Source: Podarcis tiliguerta
Lineage: Eukaryota
Assembly: GCA_965153285.1 (NCBI GenBank)
Contig: OZ229110.1
Reading direction: 5' to 3' (one strand)
DNA length: 64,000 bases
This document shows, piece by piece, positions 38,782-52,501 of the stretch; position 1 is the stretch's first letter, and the number at the start of each line of letters is the position of its first letter. A model generated the notes under the pieces. It searched no databases. It saw nothing but the letters and a program-made list of their open reading frames with translations, and had not been told where the DNA came from. Both the position numbers and the translations under genes were made by a program.

Positions 38782-40908
38782 AGATAGACAAAGGACAGTG
38801 ATGGCCACCAATCTGGATAGCTTTCCAAGGATGAGATAAAATATTGGATGATAGGGCTATCAGTGACTCTGAAGACTAGGCCCTGGAAATTAAGTTATTT
38901 GTTTTTTAAACACTGCCCCCAGAGTTCTGAAGAAATATTTGGCTGCTGCTTTGGTTGTGGGTCATGCAGTTCAGTTGTGTAAGAAGTAAGACAAGCTGAG
39001 TTTAGTGAGATTTACCTCCAAGTAAGTATACATGGGACTACAGCCTGACACAATTGTTGTTTGCTTTTGCCTTGCCCCCAGGTACCTGTACTGGTTCATT
39101 CAGAGTTAAGAGCACTTTCTGGCTGTGGCTGCAGAGCAGAGCACATGAGCCTGGCTTGTTTTTGTACTGCATGGCAAATATAGTTACATCACTGATGCAG
39201 TTGAAACACATGCATTATTTAGAAACTTATTTTCAGCGTCCTGCCAGCAAAGTGAACCTCTTACAACCTTGACAGTCAGGCGTTGTTTTTTTTTTTTTTT
39301 AAATATATTAAAACCAAATGGTCATAGCAAAAAAAATTTCATGCCAGAAAATAAAATCCAGGGAAGAATCAACAGGGTTATTATGATATTGAAAGTACTC
39401 TAGCATAGATGGGTTTGTACTAAGTCATGATATTGACAAAGTATAGCAATAGATTTAACATGCTGGTCAAATAGAAATAATGTCTGCCTCCTTTATCCCA
39501 GAAAAATGTCCAAACCAGAACGCATCTCCCTCCCTCCCTTGATCTCTAGATATACTGCAACAAGATAGATGGCCTGTAAGGCTTCCTCCAGCTCCACAGT
39601 TCTCACAGGTGAAAGGGAAGTTTACATGTGCAGATCTAGTAATGGCTAGTTTTGCAACTGTGTGATGTGTAACTTTACTAGGAAAGTAACCCATGTAACA
39701 GGTTCCAACGACTGCACTTGTTTGATGGCATTTTCATCCAATTATCCACTTAAATTGTTTAGGACTTCTTGCCAAAGGCCAGTTTGCAAGCTCACAGTGA
39801 AATTCTCTCTTTGACGCATAGGTACAAACTTTTCTAACATACCTCTCAGACTGACTTATGCCAAGTTAAATTACGGACCTGTCAGAACAATGCAGGCATT
39901 TTAGGATTTGCAAGTGATGGGGTGTGGAAACAAGTTCCCTAACTCATTTATCCTTTTCACTGTTTCCCTCCCTGTGTACACTTAACACAAAGAGGGAGCA
40001 GGAACACTGGCCTTACCCAGAACATCACCATACCCCCATTGTCAGCAAAATCTTAAAAATAATCTTAAACTGTTCTGCAGTGTAACTTCTTCAATTAGGG
40101 AAATGCTCAGACTGCTTCCTTCCAGGGCTGGCTGCTTATAAACAAAATATTAATTGTTGCTAATGAGCAATTTTGGTAGGGCCAGTGACTTTACTAATGG
40201 TTCTACGTGTAACAAGCCCACATTTGATTAAAAATAACAAAGGCTTGGGGTGGGGGTGGGGAGAGAGAGAACTAATTACTATTACAGTCAACGGTCCAAA
40301 TGGACATCTAGCTGCTGCCAACTTTATTAAATGATGCCAGAGAGAAAGGTTATAGCATAGCCTTCAGGATGTTATTTAAATTTCTTTTTGCATGGAGGCT
40401 CATTCAGTCATGCGCAGCCTAGGGAACACAGGATTACCATCTCTATGAGAACTAGGACTCGGACATTGGCATGGGAACAGCCAACCAGGCAGCCTAGTTT
40501 AGGAGAAGCTTCCCACTGCCTGTGCTAACTCAGATTAATGTTTAAAGAAGTAATATGTATTTTACATTTCTCCAGTATAGTCCAGCTAGCATCTTTCAAC
40601 TTTCCTTTACTGCATTTCATATAGGAATTAAGCAGCACCCATTAACTAAGCATCTAAAGGAGTGAGGGGAGACAGAAGAGACCAGGATGGTTGCCTTAGG
40701 TGACAGCCACAGATGGCAAAAAAGACAGTCTGTTTTGCTGGATGTGCCAGATGTGTTCACCCAGGTAGATAACCAGGATATTATATCCAGCTTTGGGTAA
40801 GGCACAGAGCCTGCTTCATCAGATTTCAGATTAACTAGTCAAACTCTTCAAAGGCAACCAACACTGCTGTTATAATTGCTCAATCTGCCACTGCTCTTTT
40901 TTATGACA

Positions 40909-41040
40909 GCTGGGATAGCTCGGTTAGTAGAGCATGAGACTCTACTAACCCATGCTGGGGAAATCTTCCTGCAGTGCAAGGGGTTGGACTAGATAACCCT
41001 TCTGGTCCCTTCTAGCTCTACAAATTCTACAATTCTCTGT
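40909..41040 (+). mobile_element. tRNA-headed SINE with a CR1-type 3' tail
   Basis: gatagctcggttagtagagcatgagactct head; ggttggactagat...ttctacaattct CR1-like tail. Confidence 0.7.
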
Positions 41041-41153
41041 GATGAGTTAGAGAATCTAAAGGTGCTCATTGCTTCAGCAATCTCAGAATGTACTATTTCT
41101 GCTACATTGAGCATGATGCTTAAGCCAGAGGCAAACGAATAATTATATTAAGG

Positions 41154-41292
41154 CAGGCACCCCCAAACTCGACCCTCTAGATGTTTTTGTGACTACAACT
41201 CCCATCATCCCTAGCTAACAGGACCAGTGGTCGGGGATGATGGGAATTGTAGTCCCAAAAAACATCTGGAGGGCCAAGCTTGGGGATGCCTG
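41154..41292. mobile_element. Palindromic MITE, family A
   Basis: caggcacccccaa...ttggggatgcctg with the same core. Confidence 0.8.
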
Positions 41293-42240
41293 TACAGTAT
41301 TAGGGAGACGGGTTGTAGCAGCTCAGTGGCAAAATGTATACTCCCAAAGCAGAAGGTTGAAAGGTTGTACAGTTCAGCTCAGACATACTGTTGCTTTGTT
41401 TCAATTGCCTCATTGTATCTGACTCAGAGTAAATGGCTTGTTAACAATGTTTGCTTAAGGTGAAGTGGTCTCTCTGCCAGAGCGAGGACCTGGTAATGAC
41501 ATTAATGGCCAGGAAATCATCAAGGGAGCAAATTGTGCTACAGAATTACCCAGACTGCTCTGAAAAGAAAAACACCATTCAGACTCCTAGAGCTACTGCA
41601 GAAGCAGCCTCAATGCAGAGCGGCTGAGAAAGAAAGGGGAGCAGATCAACAGGCTTATTGAGTAGTTTTACATGGTAGTTTGGGGCTGTGTAGAAGTCAA
41701 AAGTAAAATTGCCATCTCTCTTGCATGATTCATTGGCTTCCTAGCCATAAAAATCAAGTTTGCAAAAGGGTTGTTTTCTCCTTGGATTTTGAGGCCAGCT
41801 TACCAACCAAGAGCCCAGAAAAACAAAAGGCAACACAGCCCCACTGAGACCAGAATTGGTGTGTGCCAATGCTAGCAATGTCACCATCTAATTCTTTCCC
41901 CCCACTTTAGTTAAGAATGAAAAAGGGAACCAGGATGAACAAAGCCTCAAAAATTCAGGTATTGTTAGGCAATTTAAGGGGCTGACCTTTGACAAAAGAT
42001 CACTAATCTCTCTTAATGGGCCATTTGCCACCTAGGATGGGGTTGGACACAAGTATGTGGCAGATTATGCAGACACAGTAGGACATTCTCAACCTTTTAA
42101 GGCCCACAGCATTTCTCTTATTGCCTACTTAACATCAGTAGGAACAAACTTCCTGCCCCAGAAGATAATCCAGTACATGTCAAGGCCAGTCCTGTCCTGC
42201 ATAAACCTAGGCTTTTTCTCATGGAATGTAGATCCCCATT

Positions 42241-42339
42241 ACGGTGGCGCTGTGGGTTAAACCACAGAGCCTAGGACTTGCAGATCAGAAGGTTGGCGGT
42301 TGGAATCCCTGCGACAGGGTGAGCTCCCGTTGCTTGGTC
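42241..42339 (+). mobile_element. Sauria SINE 5' (tRNA-related) fragment
   Basis: ggtggcgctgtgggttaaaccacagagcctagg...gatcagaaggttggcggttggaatcc...gtgagctcccgttgc; pol III A/B-box-like motifs. Confidence 0.8.
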
Positions 42340-42669
42340 AGCATAACATGGAAAGAGGCAATTTCTCTTTGCCACTGATCTCGTTGATTTGTTTTTGCCA
42401 AATAACAAACATAGGGTGTGATGAAGTGGGGCAGGAACTCCTAGCCTAAGCCCTATTGTACAATGGCAGTGGTAGAATGGACAACACACAATCAGCTTAC
42501 AAGTGGAGGAAGAATTTAACTCCTGAGTTACAAGACTAGAAAATTGGGGCAAGGTTTCATTATGCACAATGCAACTTCCCCTCCCCAAACCTGAGGGTTC
42601 CACCAACCCTCTGAGGCAGACTGACTACATCCAAGGAGCACAAGGTGGTATAACATGGTTATCTTTCTC

Positions 42670-42825
42670 CTCACTTAGTCCCTGCAAGCCTGCGAGGTAG
42701 GTTATGTTCAGAGGCAATTACCGGCTTGAGGTCATCCACTGAGTTCCATGGCCAAGTGGGGATTTGAATGCTGGTCTTCTGTGTCCTATTCCAGGGCTCT
42801 AACCACTACCCCACACTCTGGCTCT
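42670..42825 (-). mobile_element. Old tRNA-derived (MIR/CORE-like) SINE fragment
   Basis: Reverse-complement B-box and A-box pattern ggatttgaa...ctctaaccactaccccacac. Confidence 0.55.
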
Positions 42826-45800
42826 GGATTCGATTAATAAAGCCCAGGAAAAAATAAACTTATGGAACGCCTTATATTTAGGAAATAGATAATCACCACA
42901 TTTTAATGACATTATGAGCTGCATGCACACTTTTGCATTTCTTTTCAAAAATTATTGGATTAAAATGTATGGTATTCTATTTTTTGCAAGTAAAAATGTA
43001 AATGATTTTTTTAAACAAAAGATTTGTTCAATTGTTTCATTATATTCATCACTGAAAATGTTCTTTGTGTGCCTAAGCAGAGCCTCCTGCAGCTGTACTC
43101 TCTGCTCTTCTTTGATCTCCTAGACCTCTTGCTGAATGTGCAGACTGTGTGGTTGGGTGAGCATTGATGTGCATGTGTGCCATTACCCAACATGCAATGC
43201 CTGAGCAGCAGTAGCACACACAGCTGAGGCTCCCATTTAAAAGATAGAAAGGATATTTTCCTTTCAACTGAAGGACAGCCGCAGCAGCCTAGAATATATG
43301 CAAGTAAAATTTTGAAATGAATTACAGTTCAGCATGTCAAAAACAAAGGAACCTTTAAAATACTCAGTTACACAAGCATGATTATCAGATTCTCGAGTTG
43401 ATATTTTCTCTTGATTTGGGAGAAGTTACAAAATAGACACCCTAAAGCATAGAAAAACCACTTGACTACAGAATTCAGATTTATTCTACAATTTTGGATC
43501 AATGCCAGTGATACAAGTTGCATGAGTTTCCATTAAATACAAGTTCTATCTTCAGATTCCAATAACTGCATGGTTAGCAAAACATCAATTCACAGTTAAT
43601 GTCACTCATCTGTTTTGGACCATGCTTAAGTAGTACTGGAATCAACAAAGGTCAAACAGCAGGAGCACAAAAGAGCTATGTAAGGAAAGTAGGCATGATG
43701 TAGGCATGATAGTGCTATTGCCATCTTCTGGTAGGAGAGTCTCATGGTACTTCTCAGGTCAAAGAATTGAAAAAACCATTCACAGTGTTTAAATTCTCTA
43801 TTTGGGGATATTTCTGCAATTACAGACTTTTTTGTCCCAAAGCCTGACATAACTATGGAAATTTTAAAATTCCAGGAAGAGAAGAAACAAAAAATATTTT
43901 GTTAAATGACCGTCAATCTGGTTATCTGCCTGAATAAGTTTTGATGAAGCCCACTTTTATGGTTTGTATCAGCTAATTATTGCTCAGAAATATCAGTGCA
44001 AATGTATACCTTCATGCCTTCACAGCAACAGGATCAAGTAGAATGTGTGCACATGAATCCTGCACTTGAGCCTGACCAAAGCATTTCTCAATGCAAAAAG
44101 CTGTTTCAGCCTGCCGCCTGTAGTACGCTCTTTGTTGCACAGATGATACTTGAAGATATGTATGTGTCATTGGCACACTGCCGACAAGGTCATCAGAATT
44201 ACGCTTGCTTGAGGGGCTCACCCAAAAGACACAGTGACGTATTACCAGAGCCATGTTTCGGTAAGTTGACATTACCACAGTAGCAGCAGCTTTTATTATT
44301 CATGATTAATTCCAGCTTTTCACATTTCGCTGCGTCCGACCAAAGAGAAAGCTCCTTTTCGTTTAGAAGCAGAATCATTTTGCAACACATAACATGCAGC
44401 CCCTCTGAAAAGGCAAGCAGTGGCAAGTTTAAGGATAATGCCTTACATCTACTTCATAGTATTTCAGTATAGATACAGTGGTCTGCTTATCAAGTTTGGG
44501 TTGTTGCAGAATATCAATTCACCGGAGAAGACTGTGAGCATGTAAAGAAGGACATACTCTTGCATGAGGAGAATTCTTGTGGCTCTCAAACTGCCAGTTC
44601 ATAGACATGGCTCAAGGTGGGAAGCGATCCTTCATGCCAATACACTGTAAATCAGTAATACTAATAATTCTTTCTGGGCATGAACAGTTCTAACTTACCA
44701 ATGAATTCCAACAGTTGCCACTAAAAAATAATGGTTTATGGGGTCATAAACCACTGGTTTCTAAAATATCTCAATAGATCTCATCACACACATAATCAAA
44801 GCCATTTGCTTGGTCCTAGAATAGCCTTCTAATGAGGAAGACATTAAGACAACAAAATATAAGGAGTCTGACTCCATGGACTATATAAAACAAGTTTACT
44901 TTGTTTTTATAAGTCAAGTATTTAATACATGGCAGGTACATCTTAGGTAAGAGTGAAATGCTTCCTGTTTGGACCATAATATGGAACAGATTCCACATAT
45001 AGCTAAAGATATCGTATTTTCACTCTTCAATGATTATCTAGTCGCCAGATACAGCGCTAACAGTCATCAGGAGAGAACTGAAAAAAGCACATGTAAGATT
45101 GTTTTCCTCCTCAATAGTATAAAAAGTTATTACTTCTGTAAGCTTACTTCTTAAACTCACTTTAAAAATGATTTTGTTTCACCTCCAAACAAAAGTCAGA
45201 CTTTAAAAAACTGCAGCAGCACACTCTAGCGGTAAAAAGAAAACATGTAAACGATGGCTGGTAAAAATCCTGCATAAAACTTTGCACTCTTTCTGCCAAA
45301 GGTACCTCCTTTAAACACCAAACTTCATCAGTGCATTGGCTGTTGATTTGTAGCAAAACATGGCAAAAAAAACCAAAAACTTTTTTATTTTAGCATCTAA
45401 GCTGCTTAGGAATTTGAGGCAAAAAAGTCTCTCATTAATATTTAAAATGTTAAACCTGTTTCTAGAAATACAAACAGAATTCAATATAATGCCAGGATAC
45501 AGTGAAGAAATAACTGTTTAGGTTCTACCCTGTACCATACACTTTTAAAAAACTAGACAAACAATCTTGGATTTTATTAATACACCCTTTTTAAAGTTTT
45601 TATTTCTGAAAGCAGCTCTTTATGAAAATCAAAAGCAGTTCCTGAGTAACTGCAGTAAACAGTGTCTTTACATTTATAGATATAGATATTTGCCACTTAT
45701 CTCTTCTGGTTTGGTTCCTTTTAACTTCCTAGTTTTCAAGTTTGACCTCCTGTTTCTTTCCAGAAAGTGTGCAAGTTCAGTTAGCATCATTTTCAGGAGT

Positions 45801-45913
45801 CCGTACGATGCTGACTTTCCAGCATTGTCTGTAAGATATACCCCACTGGGTAGCTGCATTCCTACAGCTATTGCAAATGCTTCCCACTCAAAAAATCTGG
45901 CATCACTGGGTCT

Positions 45914-46000
45914 TCACGTTTTCTTCAACATACGCCGAGACTGCCATGTGTGGAATTTATTGTAGGCTGTTTGCAGCATTTCTTCTATGTGATTTATCAG
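45914..46000 (-). CDS. GTF2H1: GTF2H1 last coding exon
   Basis: [28 protein letters not shown]. Confidence 0.96.
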   Translation of the reverse strand: MINHIEEMLQTAYNKFHTWQSRRMLKKT

Positions 46001-46178
46001 CTGAAAAAAACAAGGTTTGCAAAAATTAGTACGCAAATATTATTAAGCCAAGGGCTACATTCAATGTTAGTCCTATTAAGAGTGGACCCATGAAGTTAAT
46101 GAAAGTGACTTAAGTCTGGACTGTTAATTTTCATTGAGTCTACTCTGAGGAGAACTGAGTTGTATAGAACACCAAGTA

Positions 46179-46425
46179 CTGTATTTTTTGCTCTATAAGA
46201 CACACCAGACCATAAGACGCACCTAGTTTTTGGAGGAAAACAAGAAAAAAAATATTCTGAATCCCAGAAGCCAGAACAGCAAGAGGGATTGCTGCGCAGC
46301 GATCCCTCTTGCTGTTCTGGCTTCTGGGATAGCTGCGCAGCCTGCATTCGCTCTGTAAGACGCACAAACATTTCCCCTTACGTTTTAGGAGGGAAAAAGT
46401 GAGTCTTATAGAGCAAGAAATACGG
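46179..46425. mobile_element. Tc1/mariner-superfamily (pogo/Tc2-like) MITE with a 70-bp internal palindrome
   Basis: TA TSDs; TIRs ctgtattttttgctctataagac / gtcttatagagcaagaaatacgg. Confidence 0.85.
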
Positions 46426-47032
46426 TATTCATCTTATCTGAGTGCAAAAAAAAGCAGAATCACACACAGATCAGTGATGGTAAACGAGAAGACTTCATTT
46501 CATGAGTCAGAACTTTTTTCTAATGGTCCTCTATTGCACAATAGTACACACTGACAATATATAGCTAGCAACTTGAAGCACCTTTAGCCTTATCTTATAC
46601 AGGTCATGGCAATGGATTCAGTAAGACCCCCCATAGGAAAATAAGAGTTTGGGCACTTGAGTCATGATCATGATAAAGCTTTGAAGCAGGATAGTGACCA
46701 CAAGGTACCTTCAGTTAATGTGAAGTCCCTGCAGTTAAAGAGTTGATTGAGATGCTGTCCATTTTATGACATGGGAGGAACAGGTGGGTATAGTGGTCAT
46801 TTTTGAAGTTGACATTTAAGAAGGAAGGGGGCTGGGTTACAGGAAATACTTTCACGGTGTTCACTGCCCACTCTAGAAAAAACTGAAAGCCTCCTTATTT
46901 CTGAAGTTAATGGCACCCGTTTCATATAAGGCAAATCAATTTTGCCGTTCTTTCTAGCAATCAGCAATTTATATGAACAATGCATTATGCTACCCTTATA
47001 TTTCATATTCGTAGGTTGCTTTTCCCTCTTAC

Positions 47033-47125
47033 ATTTATGCTTAAATACTGTCTTCGGATTTTGTCTTGGAATGGACACAGTTTAGTAACTTGAAATCTTT
47101 CCAGATTACTCCTCATTTTCACAAC
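47033..47125 (-). CDS. GTF2H1: GTF2H1 coding exon 13
   Basis: [31 protein letters not shown]; GT-AG; 93 nt. Confidence 0.96.
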
Positions 47126-48003
47126 CTGAAAGAGAAAATATCAGAGAACAAACATTTAAAGGAAGCTATTTTGCTTTTTCAAACTTATCCGTTCCACTGG
47201 TAGATTTCGACTGTTGGATTTCACCGTAATGCTTGTATCCAATTGTGCTCCGCTGCTGAAATAACTCTAATCCACTGGAGCATTCTGCAAGTGGGGAAAT
47301 GGGGGGGGGGGGGTTTCACCCCCGCAAATGTCCCTTTTTCTTTTGCAGCTCCCTATGCTACACATTACACTATTCCAAAAAAGGGCCCCCAACTCTGAAA
47401 CAGATGGGGGGAGGTCACGTGTGGGTCAGACAGATGGAAGGGGAAAAATATCTGTGAAAATTACTTCCACTTCACACTTTCCATTTATAGAATCTTCCAC
47501 TGGATCAAAAAACCGTGTGTTAGCAGAGACACATTTAAATAGAACCCTAAAACTTCTGATTGAATGGGAAAGCAGACTACACACTTGTTTTAGCATGTGG
47601 AAGTTTCTTTCAAGTTCTTATACTTTAAACTTTCTATAGTATGGCTGATTAAAATACAGAACACATATGCAATGCAAAACTTTCGTTCCTGCACTTATTA
47701 ATTTTCAAAGTTTCTTTTAAAGTCCCTGAAGACAAAAATCACCTTTCGAAATTATTTGAAAAAACCACTGGATTAGGTAGCAAGGTCAGCTGGTACTACA
47801 TTTGCTCCAATAGCGAACTTTCTTCAGGCTGACATTCCACACACTGCTGTTCATCTGGGACAGAATTGTTGCATGCAGCAGGCCATTCATTATAGAAAGC
47901 TTTCATATCAACAGATCTCAGCATGCACATTTCATTACAGAACAGACTGCTGTATATCAATAATGATAGGGATAAGCCAAGTCCTACTATAGATCCTTCC
48001 TAC

Positions 48004-48119
48004 CTTCTCTTCTAGGAATGGTGTGTTAACCGGAAAGCAGGACCAAAAATGTCGTAACAGCTCTCCTAGTGCCACATACAAGTGTTTCAGCTCAGCCTGA
48101 ACATCATTTGGCACCATCT
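48004..48119 (-). CDS. GTF2H1: GTF2H1 coding exon 12
   Basis: [39 protein letters not shown]; 116 nt. Confidence 0.97.
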
Positions 48120-48486
48120 CTGCAGTCAAAAACAATGAAGGCAAGTCACATTTATACCACCACCTCGGCTCACAAACTGCGATAGTTGGCAGTGGGCAGA
48201 AAATTGTGTTTTTGATATTAGCATCATTAGAGGATCCCGCACAGTTAAGGACTAGGCCAGGGGTCAGCAAACTTTTTCAGCAGGGGGCCGGTCCACTGTC
48301 CCTCACTGAAAACTATTCAACTGGCCTGAATTGGATGGAAAAAGAACTCTTGCCACAGCCAGGGTTGTACAACTAGTCAGATATTTTCAATCTCTTCACC
48401 TTAGCTAAAAGAATTGTCCTATAATGCTTACATGAGCATTTCACACATTTGATAAGGCATGAGTGACGAAGACATAAAATACTAAC

Positions 48487-48577
48487 GATTTATGGCTTGC
48501 TGTGTTCCACCCTGCATAAGTGCTCCTCCAGGTGACAGAGCTGCGATCGTACTACTTGCAGCACCACTTGAGATAAC
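48487..48577 (-). CDS. GTF2H1: GTF2H1 coding exon 11
   Basis: [30 protein letters not shown]; 91 nt. Confidence 0.96.
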
Positions 48578-49171
48578 CTTGAAAAAGAGGCAAAATAAAG
48601 GTCAGAAAGCATAATAAAAGAACTCAAAACCTATGAATATTGCTTGAGTCATATGGGCTTAACCATATAGTTATATGCCATATTAATTTTGTTCTAAAGT
48701 ACAATTATTATTTGGTGTTATATTAAGAATGACAATTCTTGTTATACCCCAAGTGGATATTTATTATATTTATATAACTCAGCCATAACCATTCTTAGAA
48801 GTGCTTTACAGTACAGTACATAGTTTAGCCTAATAGCAGAAGCAGAAAAATCAAGCTGGCTGTCCGAATAAGGGAGAAAAAACACCAAACCAACAGCAAG
48901 AACAATCTGTTCACATCTAATGTCTGAAAGTGCAGGGCAAGAAGAGGCACGTTTTCACTTCCTGCTGCTCAACTGCAAGGTTTGCAGACGGAGCGCTCAA
49001 AAAAATAGCAAATGAATGAACGAGCAAAGCACTATGCTGTTTCATAATTGAGCAGTTAATGTGCTAAGGCAGTTAGGTTATGCAATCATGGATCAAAATG
49101 ACCTGGTTCTTTTAAACTCAAAAGACTGTCTTCTTCATATATCCCAATACAGTTGAGTGAACCAAACAATA

Positions 49172-49375
49172 CAGTGGTACCTCAGGTTAAGTACTTAATT
49201 CGTTCCGGAGGTCCATACTTAACCTGAGGTACCACTTTAGCTAATGGGGCCTCCCGCTGCTGCCACCGCAGCCCGATTTCTGTTCTCATCCTGAAGCGAA
49301 GTTCTTAACCTGAAGCACTATTTCTGGGTTAGTGGAGTATGTAACCTGAAGCGTATGCAACCTGAGGTACCACTG
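49172..49375. mobile_element. Tigger/pogo-like MITE
   Basis: TA TSDs; perfect TIR cagtggtacctcaggtt / aacctgaggtaccactg. Confidence 0.9.
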
Positions 49376-49785
49376 TACTAAGTGTACTCCAAAGGCCTTC
49401 TGAACAGAGAATTCAGCATAGTGGTAAGTGGGGTATCTGCATGGAGAACAAGGCCACTCACGCGATGGGACTTTGCCGCCAAAGTGTATGGGGTGGGGGC
49501 AAAGTCCCATTTCACAAGCAAACCTTGTTCCATGCATGAAACAACCAAGTTGAATCCACCCATATATATTTTCTGTGGATGTCCCACATTTAATCCCCTC
49601 CAACAGAGCCCTGAGTTTATCCTAGAAGTGATTTAATACCTTACACGTTACAACTCTGTAGACTAACAGTGGAGGGCTGTAGTGAACATGCAAGAACTGC
49701 TGGTGGTTGGGAAGCATTCACATGGAAGAACCACTTGCAAAAACCGATAGCTTAACAGGGCTCCATGCCAGACTGTAACTAAGTA

Positions 49786-50037
49786 CAGTCATACCTTGGG
49801 TTGAATGTGCTTCAGGCTTAGCGCTTTTGGGTTGCGCTCTGTGGCAACCAGGAGGTAACGGAGTGAGTTACTTCCGGGTTTTGCTGCTTGCGCATGCGCA
49901 GACGCTCCAAATGATGTCACGCGCATGCACAGAAGCAGCAAAACGCAACCCAAATACGCGAAGTCGTATCTTACGTTCTATTCAGGATGCAAATGGGGCT
50001 CCGGAACAGATCCCGTTTGCATCCTGAGGTACCACTG
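49786..50037. mobile_element. Tigger/pogo-like MITE
   Basis: TA TSDs; TIRs cagtcatacctt / gaggtaccactg; CpG-rich interior. Confidence 0.8.
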
Positions 50038-50521
50038 TATGTACAGCTGAAATAATCGCACTTTCTCTCCCCATTTACCTCTGCTTTCTATTCTCTCCCC
50101 TTCCTCAACTGTTCTCCTGCATTTGTTTTGTTTTTTTTTTAATATTGTAATCTCACCACAGCAGGTACCTGACCAATTGTTTTCTGTAAAGCACCATGCA
50201 CAATAATGGTGCAATATGAATAATAAAAAGGGGTTACACATGTAGCTTTCACTATTTGCAAGACTGCAGTAGACTTAATTATAGCTGCTGCAATTATGCA
50301 GATCATGACAACTATCAGTTAAAAAACATAACATATTGAAGCTGAATATTCTGTGCTTGTTAAAAATAGTTCTCAAACTATTTTACAAACACAACATTTG
50401 CTCCCCCAAGATTAAGTATGCTGGGCAGCATCAATCAATATCCAATCTTCTAATCATATGGACAATCAGAATCCAGTTTTGGTGTTTTGTTCTATTTAAT
50501 AAAGCAACATACATATCCTAC

Positions 50522-50639
50522 CTGAGTTAGTTTGGGTACATAAGTGTCCATTTCTTCTCTAATACTATACAAAGAATTAATAATATCTTGGCTAGTTGCA
50601 TATTGCTGTGATTGAATTGGTGTTGGACCATGATAATAC
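50522..50639 (-). CDS. GTF2H1: GTF2H1 coding exon 10
   Basis: [24 protein letters not shown]...YVPKLTQ; 118 nt. Confidence 0.96.
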
Positions 50640-51024
50640 CTGTTGACCAAAGGAGAAATTATAATTAAAAATCTGGGAATAAGAATCCAATTTCTCAGTG
50701 TTCAACCCCACTCTGTAGGTACCTTTGTAGCACATTTTGTTCTGCTCGAAATGAAAAATTTGTTTTCTTAAAATGCATATTGATTTTCCAGAAAATGAAA
50801 TCTTCCACTGCAAGGGAACCCAAGTGATTGTGTCTGATTAAGCTGGATAACCAATGAAGTCAATTTTTCAGAAAATACAAAACAAAAACAACCAGAAAAG
50901 TGGTGAAGTGAGGAACACATGGGCCAATAATATATTGCAACCACTTCTAATCCACCTAATTATCTTAACATGTGAAAAAGATTATAGCCTAAAACCAACG
51001 AAGACTTAGATTTTGTTTAAACCC

Positions 51025-51162
51025 CTGTGTTTCCCAAAACTTGGGTCTCCCAACTGTTTTTGGACTACATTTCCCAACATCCCTGACTACAGGTCCTGCT
51101 AGCGAGGGATGGTGGGATTTGCAGATGACAAACAGTTGGAGACCAAAGCTTGGGAAACACTG
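51025..51162. mobile_element. Palindromic MITE, family A
   Basis: gtgtttcccaa...ttgggaaacactg with a degenerate core. Confidence 0.75.
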
Positions 51163-51616
51163 CTTAAGCCAATTGAAATCAATGTGTGAAAAAATGCTTC
51201 TCTATGTTGGATTTAGGCCTAAGTGCTAGATTTGACAATGACTGTTAAGTGGAAAGAAAACAGTGGTAAGTATTTTGCAAATGCATGTACAAGAGCATAT
51301 ACAAGAGTTTCTGCAGAGCTGTGTGGTTAACATTTTACAGCTACTATTTCACTTCTGCTTATATAAAGCTCTTGCTAAAGCAGAATGTAATATTTGGAAT
51401 TATTTTCATGTTTCTCACAGTGTTCTGGGGTATCTTCAGATTTGCCAGCACTTCCCTCCCCTTTTTCTGCTGCTGTCTGTTAAACTGTAAGCCCAAGGGC
51501 AAGATTCTCATATATAAGCATGCTTCTTTCTCGTTGAAAGCATGATGTACAGAAAAGAGGCAAAAAGGGTCAATGATTTTTTGACCAAACTATTTTATTT
51601 GGCCTGCAAATCATAC

Positions 51617-51705
51617 CTATCTGATTTCTTTAGGTTTAGTGCAATAGTTCTAACGCTGTTGTTATTTTCTAAATCTTCATATTCAATGGACTCTTGCAGC
51701 TTTAC
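51617..51705 (-). CDS. GTF2H1: GTF2H1 coding exon 9
   Basis: [29 protein letters not shown]; 89 nt. Confidence 0.96.
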
Positions 51706-51820
51706 CTGTAAGACAAGGCACAGTCATGATACTGTAGAACTAGACACAAGAAGCAGAACTTGGCATAGTCCCATAAGGGAGAACATTTGTGTTCTTTTAG
51801 AATCACAAAGGCAGTCTTAC

Positions 51821-51908
51821 CTTTTTTACCGGTGGCTGAAAGAAATCTGAATCTCTGGAATTTCCATCCATACTGCTGGCCTCATTGTAGTGGTCATTCT
51901 GTGTGTCT
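51821..51908 (-). CDS. GTF2H1: GTF2H1 coding exon 8
   Basis: [29 protein letters not shown]; 88 nt; GT-AG. Confidence 0.94.
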
Positions 51909-52370
51909 CTGAAAAGCAAGAATTAGGCATTATACTGTGTTCTCTCAAACTACTCAAGTTTAGTTAGATCTGTACAATGGTCAGGATTCAATCCCTCATC
52001 TCTATGCACAAGCAAAAAGCATTTATGCAAGTGCACTGTGTCAGGGGTAAGGAGAAGACAGTCTCCTTTGGGCAGCAGTCTCTAGCCCCATGTACACTTC
52101 CTTTGATAGAAGACAGTTTTAGTGATGTGCCCATCCTGGGACTTTTGGTTCGATGGACAATACATGTACCCAATAAGTAAGTTAATAAAAACTGCCTGAG
52201 AGAGTCCCAACGTCAGAGCCAATCTGAGCAGACCTACAAAGGGCATGGTTTGACTGTTCCATTTTGATTTCAATTATTAAACATCAGCACAAATAGAGCT
52301 GGGCTATTTGACAGTTTAGACTTGGCTGATTTTCAGTCTAGTTGAAGATCTGTTCTTAGCTGAAACTTAC

Positions 52371-52501
52371 TGTTTTCTGAGCCCAGCTGCAAGGACCATG
52401 GCACTGTGATGGTTAAACCGTTTTATAATGGCAGCATTGCTACTCTCCTTTACTGATTTTGTAGCGTTGGATGTGGAAGCCGCCAAGGAAACACCATAAC
52501 C
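52371..52501 (-). CDS. GTF2H1: GTF2H1 coding exon 7
   Basis: [43 protein letters not shown]; 131 nt. Confidence 0.96.

Noticed and set aside
40909-40945. tRNA-like sequence
   Set aside because: Only the 5' half is tRNA-like and it continues into a CR1 tail; it is a SINE, not a tRNA gene
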